Positions 51,379 through 61,059 of a stretch of DNA of 64,000 nt are shown one piece after another. Origin of the DNA: Spirochaetia bacterium (lineage in GTDB: Bacteria; Spirochaetota; Spirochaetia; DSM-16054; Sediminispirochaetaceae); the NCBI GenBank assembly GCA_034520965.1, contig JAXHMY010000001.1, forward strand, positions 128,001-192,000. Direction: 5' to 3'. The position numbers and the translations under genes were made by a program. The notes beneath the pieces were generated by a model, which made no database searches, had not been told where the DNA came from, and saw only the letters and a program-made list of their open reading frames with translations. Each line of letters starts with the position of its first letter. Within the stretch, counting starts at the first letter, position 1.

Positions 51379-51766
51379 GCAGTTTCAGCTCTCGCAGTTC
51401 CCGGTACAGCTGTTCCTGACTAATAGGCTTTTGCAGGTATCCCTCGCATTGGCTGCGAAAGGCACTCATCACATTCTTCGCATCACCAAGTGCGGTGGTC
51501 ATAATTACTTTAGTTGCATCTGTGCCGATCATACCGTGGCGCTCTTCAATTGTTCGTATCTCTTTAAGTACCTCCTGCCCGTCTTTTTTGGGCAGCATGA
51601 TATCTAGACAGATAAGATCATAGGGTACCTTTTCATTGAGTGCAATCTGAAATGCATCGAGGGCCTCTTCGCCATCGACAACTACATCACATTCGCCTAA
51701 AGGCGCTAAATACTTATGCATCAGTTTTCTACTTGCAAAATCATCTTCCACTACCAGCGTTTTCAT
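51356..51766 (-). CDS. CheY-like single-domain response regulator
   Basis: VVEDD, LDIMLP, MTTA, QKP. Confidence 0.9.
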   Translation of the reverse strand: MKTLVVEDDFASRKLMHKYLAPLGECDVVVDGEEALDAFQIALNEKVPYDLICLDIMLPKKDGQEVLKEIRTIEERHGMIGTDATKVIMTTALGDAKNVMSAFRSQCEGYLQKPISQEQLYRELRELKLLTGDDPR

Positions 51767-52227
51767 TCTTCCTCCTCATGCAAAGCAAGTGAAGTTGTAA
51801 ATGGGTTCCCTTCTGCATCAAAACTGAATTTCCAAAAACTATCAAGATCGGAAATCTCTTCAAGACTAAACAACACCGTTGGGAAGGACAGGTGTACCTT
51901 CACATCCTTCTGTTCAAGCTCCCTCAAAAAATTCCCACCCAGAACATTCAGAAGTTCCAGAAGGCAGTCATCAATCTCGTTCACCGACAGCTCATCCCAA
52001 TCCGCAGCGTGTATATTCTCAACAATTTCCCGCTTGACCTCAAGTGGTAATGCAAGCAGCAATCGACCGCGTACCGGTTTATAAAACTCAATAAACAGTA
52101 GTTGTCCGGTTTCAAAATCACGTTGCCCATCCGCTTCAGTCACATCAATAAAGGCCATCTCCCCTAAAGTGTTTTGAGTTGCTCTTAACAGAGCGTTCTT
52201 GGCTTGCTCCTTTGTTACTTCACGCAT
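51763..52227 (-). CDS. cheX: CheX-like chemotaxis phosphatase
   Basis: DCLLELLNVLGG (ExxN), LSFP; within che cluster. Confidence 0.7.
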   Translation of the reverse strand: MREVTKEQAKNALLRATQNTLGEMAFIDVTEADGQRDFETGQLLFIEFYKPVRGRLLLALPLEVKREIVENIHAADWDELSVNEIDDCLLELLNVLGGNFLRELEQKDVKVHLSFPTVLFSLEEISDLDSFWKFSFDAEGNPFTTSLALHEEEE

Positions 52228-52228
52228 A

Positions 52229-52597
52229 CTACTCTCCCAGTACCTCGGTTACTTTTTCGGGTGTCATGGGCTTTCTTAAAATCCCCATAACATCCTTGTC
52301 TTCCAATTCCGTTTCCAACCGTTCATTTCCCATGCTCGATACTATCAACACCGGAAGCTGTTTCGTTTTATCTATCAGCCTCAGTTTTTTGATAAATGTA
52401 GCACCGTCCATTTTCGGCATATTTAAATCTGTTACAACTAGGTCGACTGCATTACGATTCAAATTTGAAAGGGCTTTTAAGCCGTCCTCCGCTTCAATAA
52501 AAGTACTATCCTGATAGCCGGCCATCTGAAAACAGCGTTTTATTATCATTCGAGAAGTGGCGGAATCATCTACTATCATAATCTTATCCAGTTTCAT
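52229..52597 (-). CDS. cheY: CheY-like response regulator
   Basis: IVDDS, TDLNMP, RKP. Confidence 0.88.
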   Translation of the reverse strand: MKLDKIMIVDDSATSRMIIKRCFQMAGYQDSTFIEAEDGLKALSNLNRNAVDLVVTDLNMPKMDGATFIKKLRLIDKTKQLPVLIVSSMGNERLETELEDKDVMGILRKPMTPEKVTEVLGE

Positions 52598-52610
52598 CTC
52601 TCACACCTCC

Positions 52611-53090
52611 TCATAATTGCCATTTAGAACCGGCATTTGAAACAACAATTGCTCCATCAGCCACTTTAAATCCTACCGTGCGGCTGTAGTTTCCCCCGGT
52701 ATCCTCTTTAATTACACCAAACCCGTTTTTCCAAAGATACCGTTTAATAGCAATAGTGTTACGTCGTCCTATATCAAAATGTCGATTTTGATCCATTATA
52801 CTCGACCCGCCGGCAAGTTTTACTTTTATATTTTTCTTATCAGCACCCTTTTTTAGCATATCCTCAAATAACTTAGGTAGGCCCGTGTCTGCAAAATACC
52901 CCGGCAGTTTCTTAGCTTTTTCGCTATTCACCTTTGAATCCGGCAAGGCGATATGTATAAGTCCAGCTACCTGATTGCTTGGATCGTATGCACATACCGC
53001 TACACAAGAACCAAGGGCATAGGTTTTTAACTCATCATCAGCTTTACTGCTTACTTTCCATTCCCCGATGCCGATATCAAGCCGCATCAT
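52611..53090 (-). CDS. cheD: Chemoreceptor glutamine deamidase
   Basis: ALGSCVAV, HIALP, FAD, KLAGG, IGRRN, DTGG. Confidence 0.93.
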   Translation of the reverse strand: MMRLDIGIGEWKVSSKADDELKTYALGSCVAVCAYDPSNQVAGLIHIALPDSKVNSEKAKKLPGYFADTGLPKLFEDMLKKGADKKNIKVKLAGGSSIMDQNRHFDIGRRNTIAIKRYLWKNGFGVIKEDTGGNYSRTVGFKVADGAIVVSNAGSKWQL

Positions 53091-54151
53091 TTCATCTCCC
53101 TTAACAGACGTACCATCTCTAGGGTCATGTCGTCTATAGCTACTAACTTTTCAGCACCCCCAAGGTTATACGCCTCCTTGGGCATCCCAAACACAACGCA
53201 GCTGCGCTCATCCTGGGCGAGGGTTCTTGCACCGGTAGACTTCATTTTTACCATTCCTTCGGCTCCATCGCGTCCCATCCCGGTCAAAATTACCCCTAAA
53301 GAATTGACTCCTACGTTTTCGGCTATAGAATCAAACAACACATCCACCGACGGTACGTGGCCATTTACTTTTTCTCCGTCTTTTACCCGTACAAGGTAAC
53401 GACCACCCGAACGGACTACCCTCATTTGCATTCCGCCGGGTGCAACCAACACACGCCCGTTCATCACTCGGTCGTTATCTTCAGCCTCTTTGACCTCTAC
53501 CTTTGAGATCGTATTGAGCTTATCGGCAAACATTTTTGTAAATTTCGGAGGCATGTGTTGTACTATTACCGTCCCCGGCATATCCGGCGGAAAAGCCTCA
53601 ACAACCCTCTGCAGGGCTACAGTTCCCCCTGTTGAGGCGCCGATACCGATAACTTTATCGGTTGTACCGTGCAGCACGGCTCCAGTAGGTCTTTTAATAC
53701 CCTGGCTGCTTTTATTCCGCCATTGGCTCACATCTACTGTAGAGGCAACCTTTATTTTCTGCACCAGCTCTTCCAGCATATCCTCCAGTTTGTTACCAAA
53801 ACTGGTAGAAGGCTTGAGTACAAAGTCGATCGCACCGTAATCAAGAGCTTCCAGGGTCACCTTAGCCCCGGGGGCTGTAAGTGCAGACACCATAACTACC
53901 GGAACAGGGTACTGCGGCATAAGCCGGCGGAGGAACTCAACTCCGTCCATCCTCGGCATTTCCACATCCAGGGTCAGTACATCCGGCTTATTGTACACAA
54001 TCTTATCGCGAGCCACATACACATCCGGTGCACTGCCGACAATCTCTATCTCAGGGTCCCGGCTTAAACCAGTGGTCAGGATCTTTCGAGCAAGTGCAGA
54101 ATCGTCTATTACTAAAACCTTTATTTTGTGAGTAGCTGACAACTTGTTCAT
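53087..54151 (-). CDS. cheB: Chemotaxis methylesterase (receiver + CheB)
   Basis: GASTGG, QHMP, PSVDVLF, LTGMGRDG. Confidence 0.95.
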   Translation of the reverse strand: MNKLSATHKIKVLVIDDSALARKILTTGLSRDPEIEIVGSAPDVYVARDKIVYNKPDVLTLDVEMPRMDGVEFLRRLMPQYPVPVVMVSALTAPGAKVTLEALDYGAIDFVLKPSTSFGNKLEDMLEELVQKIKVASTVDVSQWRNKSSQGIKRPTGAVLHGTTDKVIGIGASTGGTVALQRVVEAFPPDMPGTVIVQHMPPKFTKMFADKLNTISKVEVKEAEDNDRVMNGRVLVAPGGMQMRVVRSGGRYLVRVKDGEKVNGHVPSVDVLFDSIAENVGVNSLGVILTGMGRDGAEGMVKMKSTGARTLAQDERSCVVFGMPKEAYNLGGAEKLVAIDDMTLEMVRLLREMK

Positions 54152-54990
54152 TCGGTTCCCTTTTTCATGTACAAGGCCGGCTGCACATATTGAAAATCGC
54201 GGTTATCCCTGCCTAAAGTTTCAGAGTGGCCGATAAAAAGATATCCGCTGTTCAGCAATACTCCACCGAATTTTTGTACTAGGGTTTCCTTAGTGGGCTG
54301 GTCGAAATAGATCATCACATTTCTGCAAAAAACGGTATGGAATTTTTTTCTAAAAGGAAATGAATCGCGCTTAAAATTGAGCCGCTTATAAAGGACCATT
54401 TTTTTCAAGCTCTCTTTTACACTGTAGCCGCCGGCCTCGTTCAGAGTAAAGTACTTGTGCAGCAGCCCGCGAGGCACCTGATCAAGCCGTTCTTTCCCAT
54501 ACGCACCCAGGGTAGCCTTCTCCAAAGCAGTTCTCGAGATATCCGTAGCCAGAATTGGCGGGCCTTCGGAAAAGTAATTCGGTCCAAAAAACTCAGCCAA
54601 GACAATAGCCAGAGTATAGGCTTCTTCTCCGGTAGCGCAGCCTGCACACCATACGCGCAAATCCTTGCTGCCCTCCTTTTCAAGCTGCTGAGCAATCTGT
54701 GGGAGAACCCGTTTTTCAAGAAACTCAAAATGATCTTTCTCTCTAAAAAAATAAGTATGGTTAGTGGAAATTTTATCTACCAGCTCTAAAAGGCCGGCAC
54801 CGCTGGGATCATCAAGGACCGCATTGTAATAACTTTCAAAATCGGTGTAGCCCATCTGTCGAAGCAGCTTGTTCAGCCTTCCACGCACCAGCACCCGTTT
54901 TTTTTCGGTTAGGTGAATTCCAAACTTCTCATACACTAAAGCAGAGATTTGTTTAAACTCGTTGTCGGTAATATCAATCAAGCCTTCCAT
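54148..54990 (-). CDS. cheR: Chemotaxis methyltransferase
   Basis: TYFFRE, WCAGCATGEE, ATDIS, FCRNVMIYF, GHSE. Confidence 0.95.
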   Translation of the reverse strand: MEGLIDITDNEFKQISALVYEKFGIHLTEKKRVLVRGRLNKLLRQMGYTDFESYYNAVLDDPSGAGLLELVDKISTNHTYFFREKDHFEFLEKRVLPQIAQQLEKEGSKDLRVWCAGCATGEEAYTLAIVLAEFFGPNYFSEGPPILATDISRTALEKATLGAYGKERLDQVPRGLLHKYFTLNEAGGYSVKESLKKMVLYKRLNFKRDSFPFRKKFHTVFCRNVMIYFDQPTKETLVQKFGGVLLNSGYLFIGHSETLGRDNRDFQYVQPALYMKKGTE

Positions 54991-55013
54991 TCTTCTTTTT
55001 AACTCCAGTTCTG

Positions 55014-57656
55014 TTATTCAAGCACATACGAAATGAGTGCGCCCGTGTCAACTATTAAACTGACCTTTCCATCCGACATAATACTGCATCCGGAAAGAGC
55101 CCGAATATCTTTCATATAAGAGGGAAGACTTTTAATTACTATTTGCCTGTAGCCGATAATCTCGTCGACAAGGATTGCAAGTTTATGGTCCCGGGCTTGG
55201 GCAACAATCACTATGCCCTCTTCAACCCGTTTTTTCGCAGTCTCAATCTTGAAAAAGTCGTACAGCTTTACCACAGGGATAACTTCGTTCCGTAAATTGA
55301 TAACCACATCATCCGTACTGGTCTGAGTAATTTCTACCTCAGCGGCTTTATGGAACTGTATTATATCAGTAATCGGCAATGAATAGAGCTGAGGCCCAAC
55401 AGTAAAGGTTATCCCGTCAATAATAGCAAGGGTCAGGGGGATCTTAAGGATAAAGGTACTCCCCTCTCCTTCAACACTTTGAATATCAATTTTACCACGG
55501 AGCTTCTCGACGTTCTTTTTGACAACATCCATTCCAACTCCACGACCGGAAATTTCTGAAACTTTTTCTGCGGTTGAAAAGCCCGGTTCAAAAATCAGCT
55601 TCCATACCTCTTCATCCTTCATCTCATCGGGATTCCCCTGGATAAGTCCCCGTTCCAGGGAACGGGCGATTAAAGCATCCCGCTTCAGTCCGCCGCCGTC
55701 ATCCGCCACGGTAATCCAGATCTCATTCCCCTCGTACCCGGCACTGAGGCTTACCGTACCGGTCTCCGGTTTCCCGGCGGCCCTTCGTTTGGCCGCCGAT
55801 TCCACTCCGTGATCGAGGGCATTCCGAATTATGTGCACCAGGGGATCAGAAATCTCTTCCATTACAGTGCGGTCCATCTCGGTATCTTCACCGCTTATTT
55901 CCAGGTTTATCGGTTTTTCGAATTTTTTTGACAAATCCCGAACCAATCTCCGCATCTTGCTGAACAAGCCCTCCAGCGGAATCATCCGCATGGACATTGT
56001 GATTTCCTGCATCTCCCTCGAGATCTTGGATAAATAATTCGATGCCCGTTCAAAATCCGGCAGATCATAGGGCTCAAGCTCAGGATTATTAATAACCATC
56101 GACTCGGCGGTTATCATCTCACCCATCAAGTCGAACAGTTTATCCAGCCTCTCAGTATCTACCCGGATATCCCGCCGCTTAATTCGATAACTGGCAAACT
56201 GATCTTTCTTCTCCGGAACCTCTTTCCCCTGCTGCTCAAGGGCCTTCTCAATTTCGTCCTGTTTGGCTTCGCCCTGGTCTATCAAAATCTCGCCCAGCCG
56301 CATTCGCTGCATATCCAAGGCCTGGTCGACCGCCTCCTGCGAGGCAATACCCATATCAACCAGCATATCGCCAAGGGGTTTATAATCCCCCTCTTCTTTA
56401 CTGGCAACGGCTTTTTCGGCACTTACGCTGCTGTCGGACAGCTCACCCGGCAGTATCTCCCCTGCATGAACCTTCTGCAGAGTGACATTCAACCCGTCTA
56501 TGCTCTGGAGCAGAAGGTTTACTATCTGAGGATCGGGACTACGGGCTCCGGTGCGCAGGGTGTCCAAAATCCCTTCAATACCCATGCACATTTTCTCAAG
56601 AATGGCAAATCCGAAAAAGCCGGCGTTTCCCTTGACGGTATGAATAGCCCGAAAAGCCTCTTCAATACCGGCAGTGTTCGTCGGGTCTTTCTCAAGCTCA
56701 AGCATGGTTTTCTCAGCGGTATCAACCAGGTCGGAGGTCTCTTCAACAAATTTCTGGATCATTTCGGGTGAAATAAGCTCTTCGGTTAAAGTTTTCTTAG
56801 GTTTAACCTGGCTACCCTCAGCCGTTGGTGCGCTTTGCTCTCCCGCTTCGTCCACAGCTCCCGCTGCCTTATCTTCCGCTGTTCCGGATTCTATTTTCTG
56901 CAGATAGGGCTCTAGGCGTGTGTCAATTTCACTGGTATCTACCCGTCCCTCGTAAATAACTGCCTCGCCGCTGCTGGTATCCAGTCCTTCCGCTTGCGCC
57001 TCGATGTCGGATACCATCTGCTGCAGCACGTCTCCGCCGTTCAGTAGAATATCAACAAGCTCATCCTCAATTTCCAGTTCGCCCGTACGCATGGAATTCA
57101 GCACTGTCTCCAGCCGGTGACTAAACCCCTTAATCTTCGACAAACCGATAAACGAGGAGACCCCTTTGATAGTGTGCATTGAACGAAAAATATCATGAAC
57201 AGTCTGCTCATCGTAGCTTTTCTCAAGATCCAAAATACGTTCTTCAATATCATCTAGATGATCATGAGTCTCTACTAAAAAAGAGGAAAGAATCTCGCTG
57301 TCCTCAATCAGCACCTCGTTTAAGTCTGCAGCTGCCGGAGTTTTACCTTGCTTCGAACTTTTTTTAGGTTCCTTAGATTGCTTCGGCGCATTTTCCGAAA
57401 CCTCCTCCTCCGAGGACGAATCCGAAGCTACAAGTGCAGCCCCCAGTTCCTGCAGCTGCTGCAGGTTTTCTTCCGAGGAACCCTGCAGCACTATCTCCTC
57501 AGAGGCTTTTACAATTTTCTCTAGTATCTGAGCAACTTGTTCATCTTCTATACTATTTTGCAGTGTTTCGGCTGTTTCTCTGATTTCCGCTACAGCAAGC
57601 AAGTCACCATCTTCATACTGCTTAATTGCATCGCTCAGTTGTTGAAGCTCTTCCAT
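55014..57656 (-). CDS. cheA: Chemotaxis histidine kinase with two Hpt domains and an MshEN-like insert
   Basis: FRSMHTIKG and FRAIHTVKG; HIIRNALDHG; PGFSTA..SGRGVGMDVV; C-terminal CheW-like P5. Confidence 0.95.
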   Translation of the reverse strand: MEELQQLSDAIKQYEDGDLLAVAEIRETAETLQNSIEDEQVAQILEKIVKASEEIVLQGSSEENLQQLQELGAALVASDSSSEEEVSENAPKQSKEPKKSSKQGKTPAAADLNEVLIEDSEILSSFLVETHDHLDDIEERILDLEKSYDEQTVHDIFRSMHTIKGVSSFIGLSKIKGFSHRLETVLNSMRTGELEIEDELVDILLNGGDVLQQMVSDIEAQAEGLDTSSGEAVIYEGRVDTSEIDTRLEPYLQKIESGTAEDKAAGAVDEAGEQSAPTAEGSQVKPKKTLTEELISPEMIQKFVEETSDLVDTAEKTMLELEKDPTNTAGIEEAFRAIHTVKGNAGFFGFAILEKMCMGIEGILDTLRTGARSPDPQIVNLLLQSIDGLNVTLQKVHAGEILPGELSDSSVSAEKAVASKEEGDYKPLGDMLVDMGIASQEAVDQALDMQRMRLGEILIDQGEAKQDEIEKALEQQGKEVPEKKDQFASYRIKRRDIRVDTERLDKLFDLMGEMITAESMVINNPELEPYDLPDFERASNYLSKISREMQEITMSMRMIPLEGLFSKMRRLVRDLSKKFEKPINLEISGEDTEMDRTVMEEISDPLVHIIRNALDHGVESAAKRRAAGKPETGTVSLSAGYEGNEIWITVADDGGGLKRDALIARSLERGLIQGNPDEMKDEEVWKLIFEPGFSTAEKVSEISGRGVGMDVVKKNVEKLRGKIDIQSVEGEGSTFILKIPLTLAIIDGITFTVGPQLYSLPITDIIQFHKAAEVEITQTSTDDVVINLRNEVIPVVKLYDFFKIETAKKRVEEGIVIVAQARDHKLAILVDEIIGYRQIVIKSLPSYMKDIRALSGCSIMSDGKVSLIVDTGALISYVLE

Positions 57657-57664
57657 ATATTTTC

Positions 57665-58033
57665 CTATTGTTTCACCAACATTTTTACGACCTTCGCGAG
57701 GGAAGGGGCTTCAAAGGGTTTCACAATCCACCCGTTTACACCCAACTCCTTTCCAACCTGCTTTTTTTGAGCTGCACTTTCGGTAGTTAAAAATATCACC
57801 GGTATATGCGAATACTCCGGCTTCTGCTTAAATGCCTCTACAAATTGAAAACCGTCCATTACCGGCATATTCACGTCGACAATGCAAAGTGAAACTTCAC
57901 ACTTACCGCACTGATCAAGTGCCACTTGACCATTCTCGGCTTCAATAATCTCGAACCCTTCAGGCTCAAGAGCCTTTTTCACGAGCTTTCTAATTGTAAC
58001 TGAATCATCGACACATAATATTTGACTGCCCAT
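57665..58033 (-). CDS. cheY: CheY-like response regulator
   Basis: CVDDS, VDVNMP, LTTES, GWIVKPF. Confidence 0.9.
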   Translation of the reverse strand: MGSQILCVDDSVTIRKLVKKALEPEGFEIIEAENGQVALDQCGKCEVSLCIVDVNMPVMDGFQFVEAFKQKPEYSHIPVIFLTTESAAQKKQVGKELGVNGWIVKPFEAPSLAKVVKMLVKQ

Positions 58034-58055
58034 GCATATGCTCCTTTAACTTTTC

Positions 58056-59342
58056 TTAGAATAAGGTTATGTCTCCGTTCAACCCATTTTTCTGCGTATC
58101 TGATTCGTCAGTCCCCTCAAATAGATCTTCATCAATCTCATGGCCAAAAGCCTGCCACTCCTCACGGGTCGTAAAAAAGGACTTGAGCAGCCGCTTTACC
58201 TCGTCTGCCTGCTGCTCTATCTCGGCTTGGCTCAGCTGTACATTCTCTGCAGAAAAATCGACCCCCTCCTGAGCGAGGGTTTCAAAAAGCTGAACCATAT
58301 GCTGTAAAATCTGACGGACACTATCCTGATACTGCAAATGAACTGTAACGTCATTAATATTCTTAGTAACCGAAGAAGAGAGTTTTTGTGACTCCTCAAT
58401 TACCTCCGATACTCGGTCTATCTGAGGAGTTAACTGCTCAATTACCCCTGCATGCTTTTCTCCGCTGCGTGCCAGTTTTTCCACGGCGTTCTGCAGGCGC
58501 TCACCATAGGTTCCGATTGAATCTTTAACCGTATGCACCGAACTCTCTATGGTAGTGCTGATCTCATCGGCAATCTTCATGGTACTTTTGGCCAGCCCCT
58601 GAACTTCCGCGGCAATCACCGCAAATCCCCGGCCTGCCTGGCCTGCTCTGGCCGCCTCGATCGACGCGTTAATCGCCAAGAGGTTGGTACGTTCCGATAA
58701 ATCGGTAATGGTGTCGGTAAACTGGTCTACCGATTTCATCGTCTTCTCGATCATTTCAAGCTCGCCTATATAGTCGTCGCGAATAATTTTAAACTCCTGG
58801 ATCAGCTGCTCAATTCTCCGCAGTTCCTCTTCCATACGAACGGACTGAACCCGAAGCCCTCCCTCTTCAGAGGTAAGCTGCCCAAATACCCGTTGAATCA
58901 GGTCATCAACATCTTTGCTCCAGTCACCAATGCTGTACACATGATTGGTCAGCTCAAGAGTTGCTGTTTCTGTCTTATCGACAATTACCTTTGACATTAT
59001 TTTCTCGGCATCTGTTGCTTCAGCTATTTTCCGGCACTGTACAGCAAATTTATGAAGGTATTCATCCTTCTCCCGTAAATCCGCCTTCAGCTCTTGCATC
59101 TGAACCTCTGAATGACGAATTTTCTCCTGCAGCAGTTGATTTTCCCGGGTAAACTTATCTATATTTTCCTCAGTCCGCTCCGCCTGTATCGAAGATTTAG
59201 GTTTCAGACGAACAAGCAGGACGACCAGTAGTGCCGCTGCAACTAAAACAGCCCCGTACACATAGGCAATAGTCCCTGTTATCAAGTTGATTGCAAGCAG
59301 CACTATTTCGAGGGCGGCCCCCGCTACACTTAACTTTTGCAT
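58056..59342 (-). CDS. Methyl-accepting chemotaxis protein without a periplasmic sensor
   Basis: [29 protein letters not shown]; two adjacent N-terminal TMs. Confidence 0.9.
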   Translation of the reverse strand: MQKLSVAGAALEIVLLAINLITGTIAYVYGAVLVAAALLVVLLVRLKPKSSIQAERTEENIDKFTRENQLLQEKIRHSEVQMQELKADLREKDEYLHKFAVQCRKIAEATDAEKIMSKVIVDKTETATLELTNHVYSIGDWSKDVDDLIQRVFGQLTSEEGGLRVQSVRMEEELRRIEQLIQEFKIIRDDYIGELEMIEKTMKSVDQFTDTITDLSERTNLLAINASIEAARAGQAGRGFAVIAAEVQGLAKSTMKIADEISTTIESSVHTVKDSIGTYGERLQNAVEKLARSGEKHAGVIEQLTPQIDRVSEVIEESQKLSSSVTKNINDVTVHLQYQDSVRQILQHMVQLFETLAQEGVDFSAENVQLSQAEIEQQADEVKRLLKSFFTTREEWQAFGHEIDEDLFEGTDESDTQKNGLNGDITLF

Positions 59343-59465
59343 CAATAACCCTCATACTTTTATCACCACCAATTATTTGAGATAATAACTTAAATTGCAA
59401 ATTTAAAAATAAAAAATACAAATCCGGAGTATTACCCGGGTATAGGAGTTCTCCTCCGACTCAAT

Positions 59466-59918
59466 TTACTCTTCTTCGGTCAGAAGTTCAGCTACCTCTT
59501 CCGGGCTTTGTGCCCGCAGCAGCATTTTACAGAAGGTCTTCGATTGGGTAATACGGGCTATTTCAGAAAGTGCTTCAATATGCGGACCCGATTGGTTGGG
59601 CGGAGCCAGCATAAGAAAGAAGAGATTACTGGGATTGCCGTCCAAAGCCCTAAAATCAATCCCTTCCGGGGCAATTCCAATTGCCAAGGTCAGGGTTGAA
59701 ACGGTATCGGTTTTCGCATGGGGTACGGCTATACCCGCCTCTAGACCGGTACTTCCCTTGGCTTCACGGGCTAAGAGCGCATCGTAGGCAGCATCAAAAT
59801 CATTCAGCTTGCCTGCATCGACAAGTACCTGCAGGAGTTCGCGGATAACCGCCTGTTTGGACTTGGATTCCAGGGGTACCTTTATTATTTCGGGCTTTAC
59901 AAGGTCTACTAATGCCAT
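59466..59918 (-). CDS. PTS EIIA (fructose/Ntr type) domain protein
   Basis: AREAKGSTG, GIAVPHA, IDFRALDG, HIEALSEI. Confidence 0.92.
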   Translation of the reverse strand: MALVDLVKPEIIKVPLESKSKQAVIRELLQVLVDAGKLNDFDAAYDALLAREAKGSTGLEAGIAVPHAKTDTVSTLTLAIGIAPEGIDFRALDGNPSNLFFLMLAPPNQSGPHIEALSEIARITQSKTFCKMLLRAQSPEEVAELLTEEE

Positions 59919-59933
59919 TCTTTTACTCCATTT

Positions 59934-60425
59934 TTATTCAGGCAGGGCATCGTACAGATCCCACACTCGCTCTTCATCTTTTACCATAAGAACCGAACAG
60001 TGCACAAGCCGCATAGCTCGTTCAGTTTCATGATAAAATTCATCCCTACGGCTGCGGACATGTGAGAGCTCTCCAATCAGCAGCAAATCCGCATCTACCT
60101 CTTCGGCGTATTTCTTAATCTCCTGGTGCACCGTACCGCTGCGCTTCTCCAGGCTTGCGGATACTCCCTTGCGGCTCGAAAGTTTATCGACATGCTTCAG
60201 ATAGCGTTCAGCGTCGGATTCTAAATCGTGGTGATACTCTTCCTCTTCGGAATCGAGAAAAATCCGCGCTTTTACCAGGTCGTTCAGCGCGCGGGTATTG
60301 ATAACGTACAGTGCGTACAACTCAGCACTGGTCGATTTAGCCAAACAAACCGCATATTGCGCAGCCGTAATAGCCTCTTCGGTGCCGTCCACATATATAA
60401 GTATTCTACGTATCGGCCCTTCCAT
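59934..60425 (-). CDS. Universal stress protein
   Basis: ILIYVDG, ALYVI, ADLLLIG, CSVLMVK. Confidence 0.88.
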   Translation of the reverse strand: MEGPIRRILIYVDGTEEAITAAQYAVCLAKSTSAELYALYVINTRALNDLVKARIFLDSEEEEYHHDLESDAERYLKHVDKLSSRKGVSASLEKRSGTVHQEIKKYAEEVDADLLLIGELSHVRSRRDEFYHETERAMRLVHCSVLMVKDEERVWDLYDALPE

Positions 60426-61053
60426 GGCGCTCCTCCTCCTTTTTTTCGAGTCGGTCCTTGACCATTTTCATCAATACAAACATATCCCGCTCGTTCTCCT
60501 CCAGCCGGTTATTGATGTATGCAACGGTCTCCTTCAGATCCGGAATGGCGATTTTCTCCAGAGCGTTCACCTTCCGTATTGTCTTTTTGACCTCCAAAGC
60601 TAAACGCATGATGGAGACCTTCAGTTCCGCAAGCCTTCCCATCATCTCCAGGGCCTGCTGAAACTCCTGCAGCGCCCCGTCTACCCAATAGCTGGTATCG
60701 GAGGGGCTGAAATAGGGGGGGTGCTCGGAAAAATCGGTGTCCACCACCGGCAGCTGCACCCCCATCACTCTCCGCTGCTTTATTTTTATACTGGATTCAA
60801 TATTTATAACCCGGCTGATGTGAGCAACCTTTAATTTACCCATATCGATGCTGGCCTGCTTCAGAGCTGCATAGGCATCGGCCAGGGCTTTCTCAACTCG
60901 GCTCTGATAATCAACCGCCTGGTCAACCAGGTTCAGCAGTTCCAGTATCAGAATATTGCGCTTCTGATCCAGCAGTTCGTAGCCCAGCTCGGCAAATTTA
61001 AGCTCGTCTTTCAGCTTGAGAAGACTTGATTTTGTCGGCGCTACATTACGCAT
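60406..61053 (-). CDS. ntpD: V/A-type ATP synthase subunit D
   Basis: PTKSSL, GYELLDQKR, VMGVQLP, RKVNALEKIAIP. Confidence 0.93.
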   Translation of the reverse strand: MRNVAPTKSSLLKLKDELKFAELGYELLDQKRNILILELLNLVDQAVDYQSRVEKALADAYAALKQASIDMGKLKVAHISRVINIESSIKIKQRRVMGVQLPVVDTDFSEHPPYFSPSDTSYWVDGALQEFQQALEMMGRLAELKVSIMRLALEVKKTIRKVNALEKIAIPDLKETVAYINNRLEENERDMFVLMKMVKDRLEKKEEERHGRADT

Positions 61054-61059
61054 AATAGT

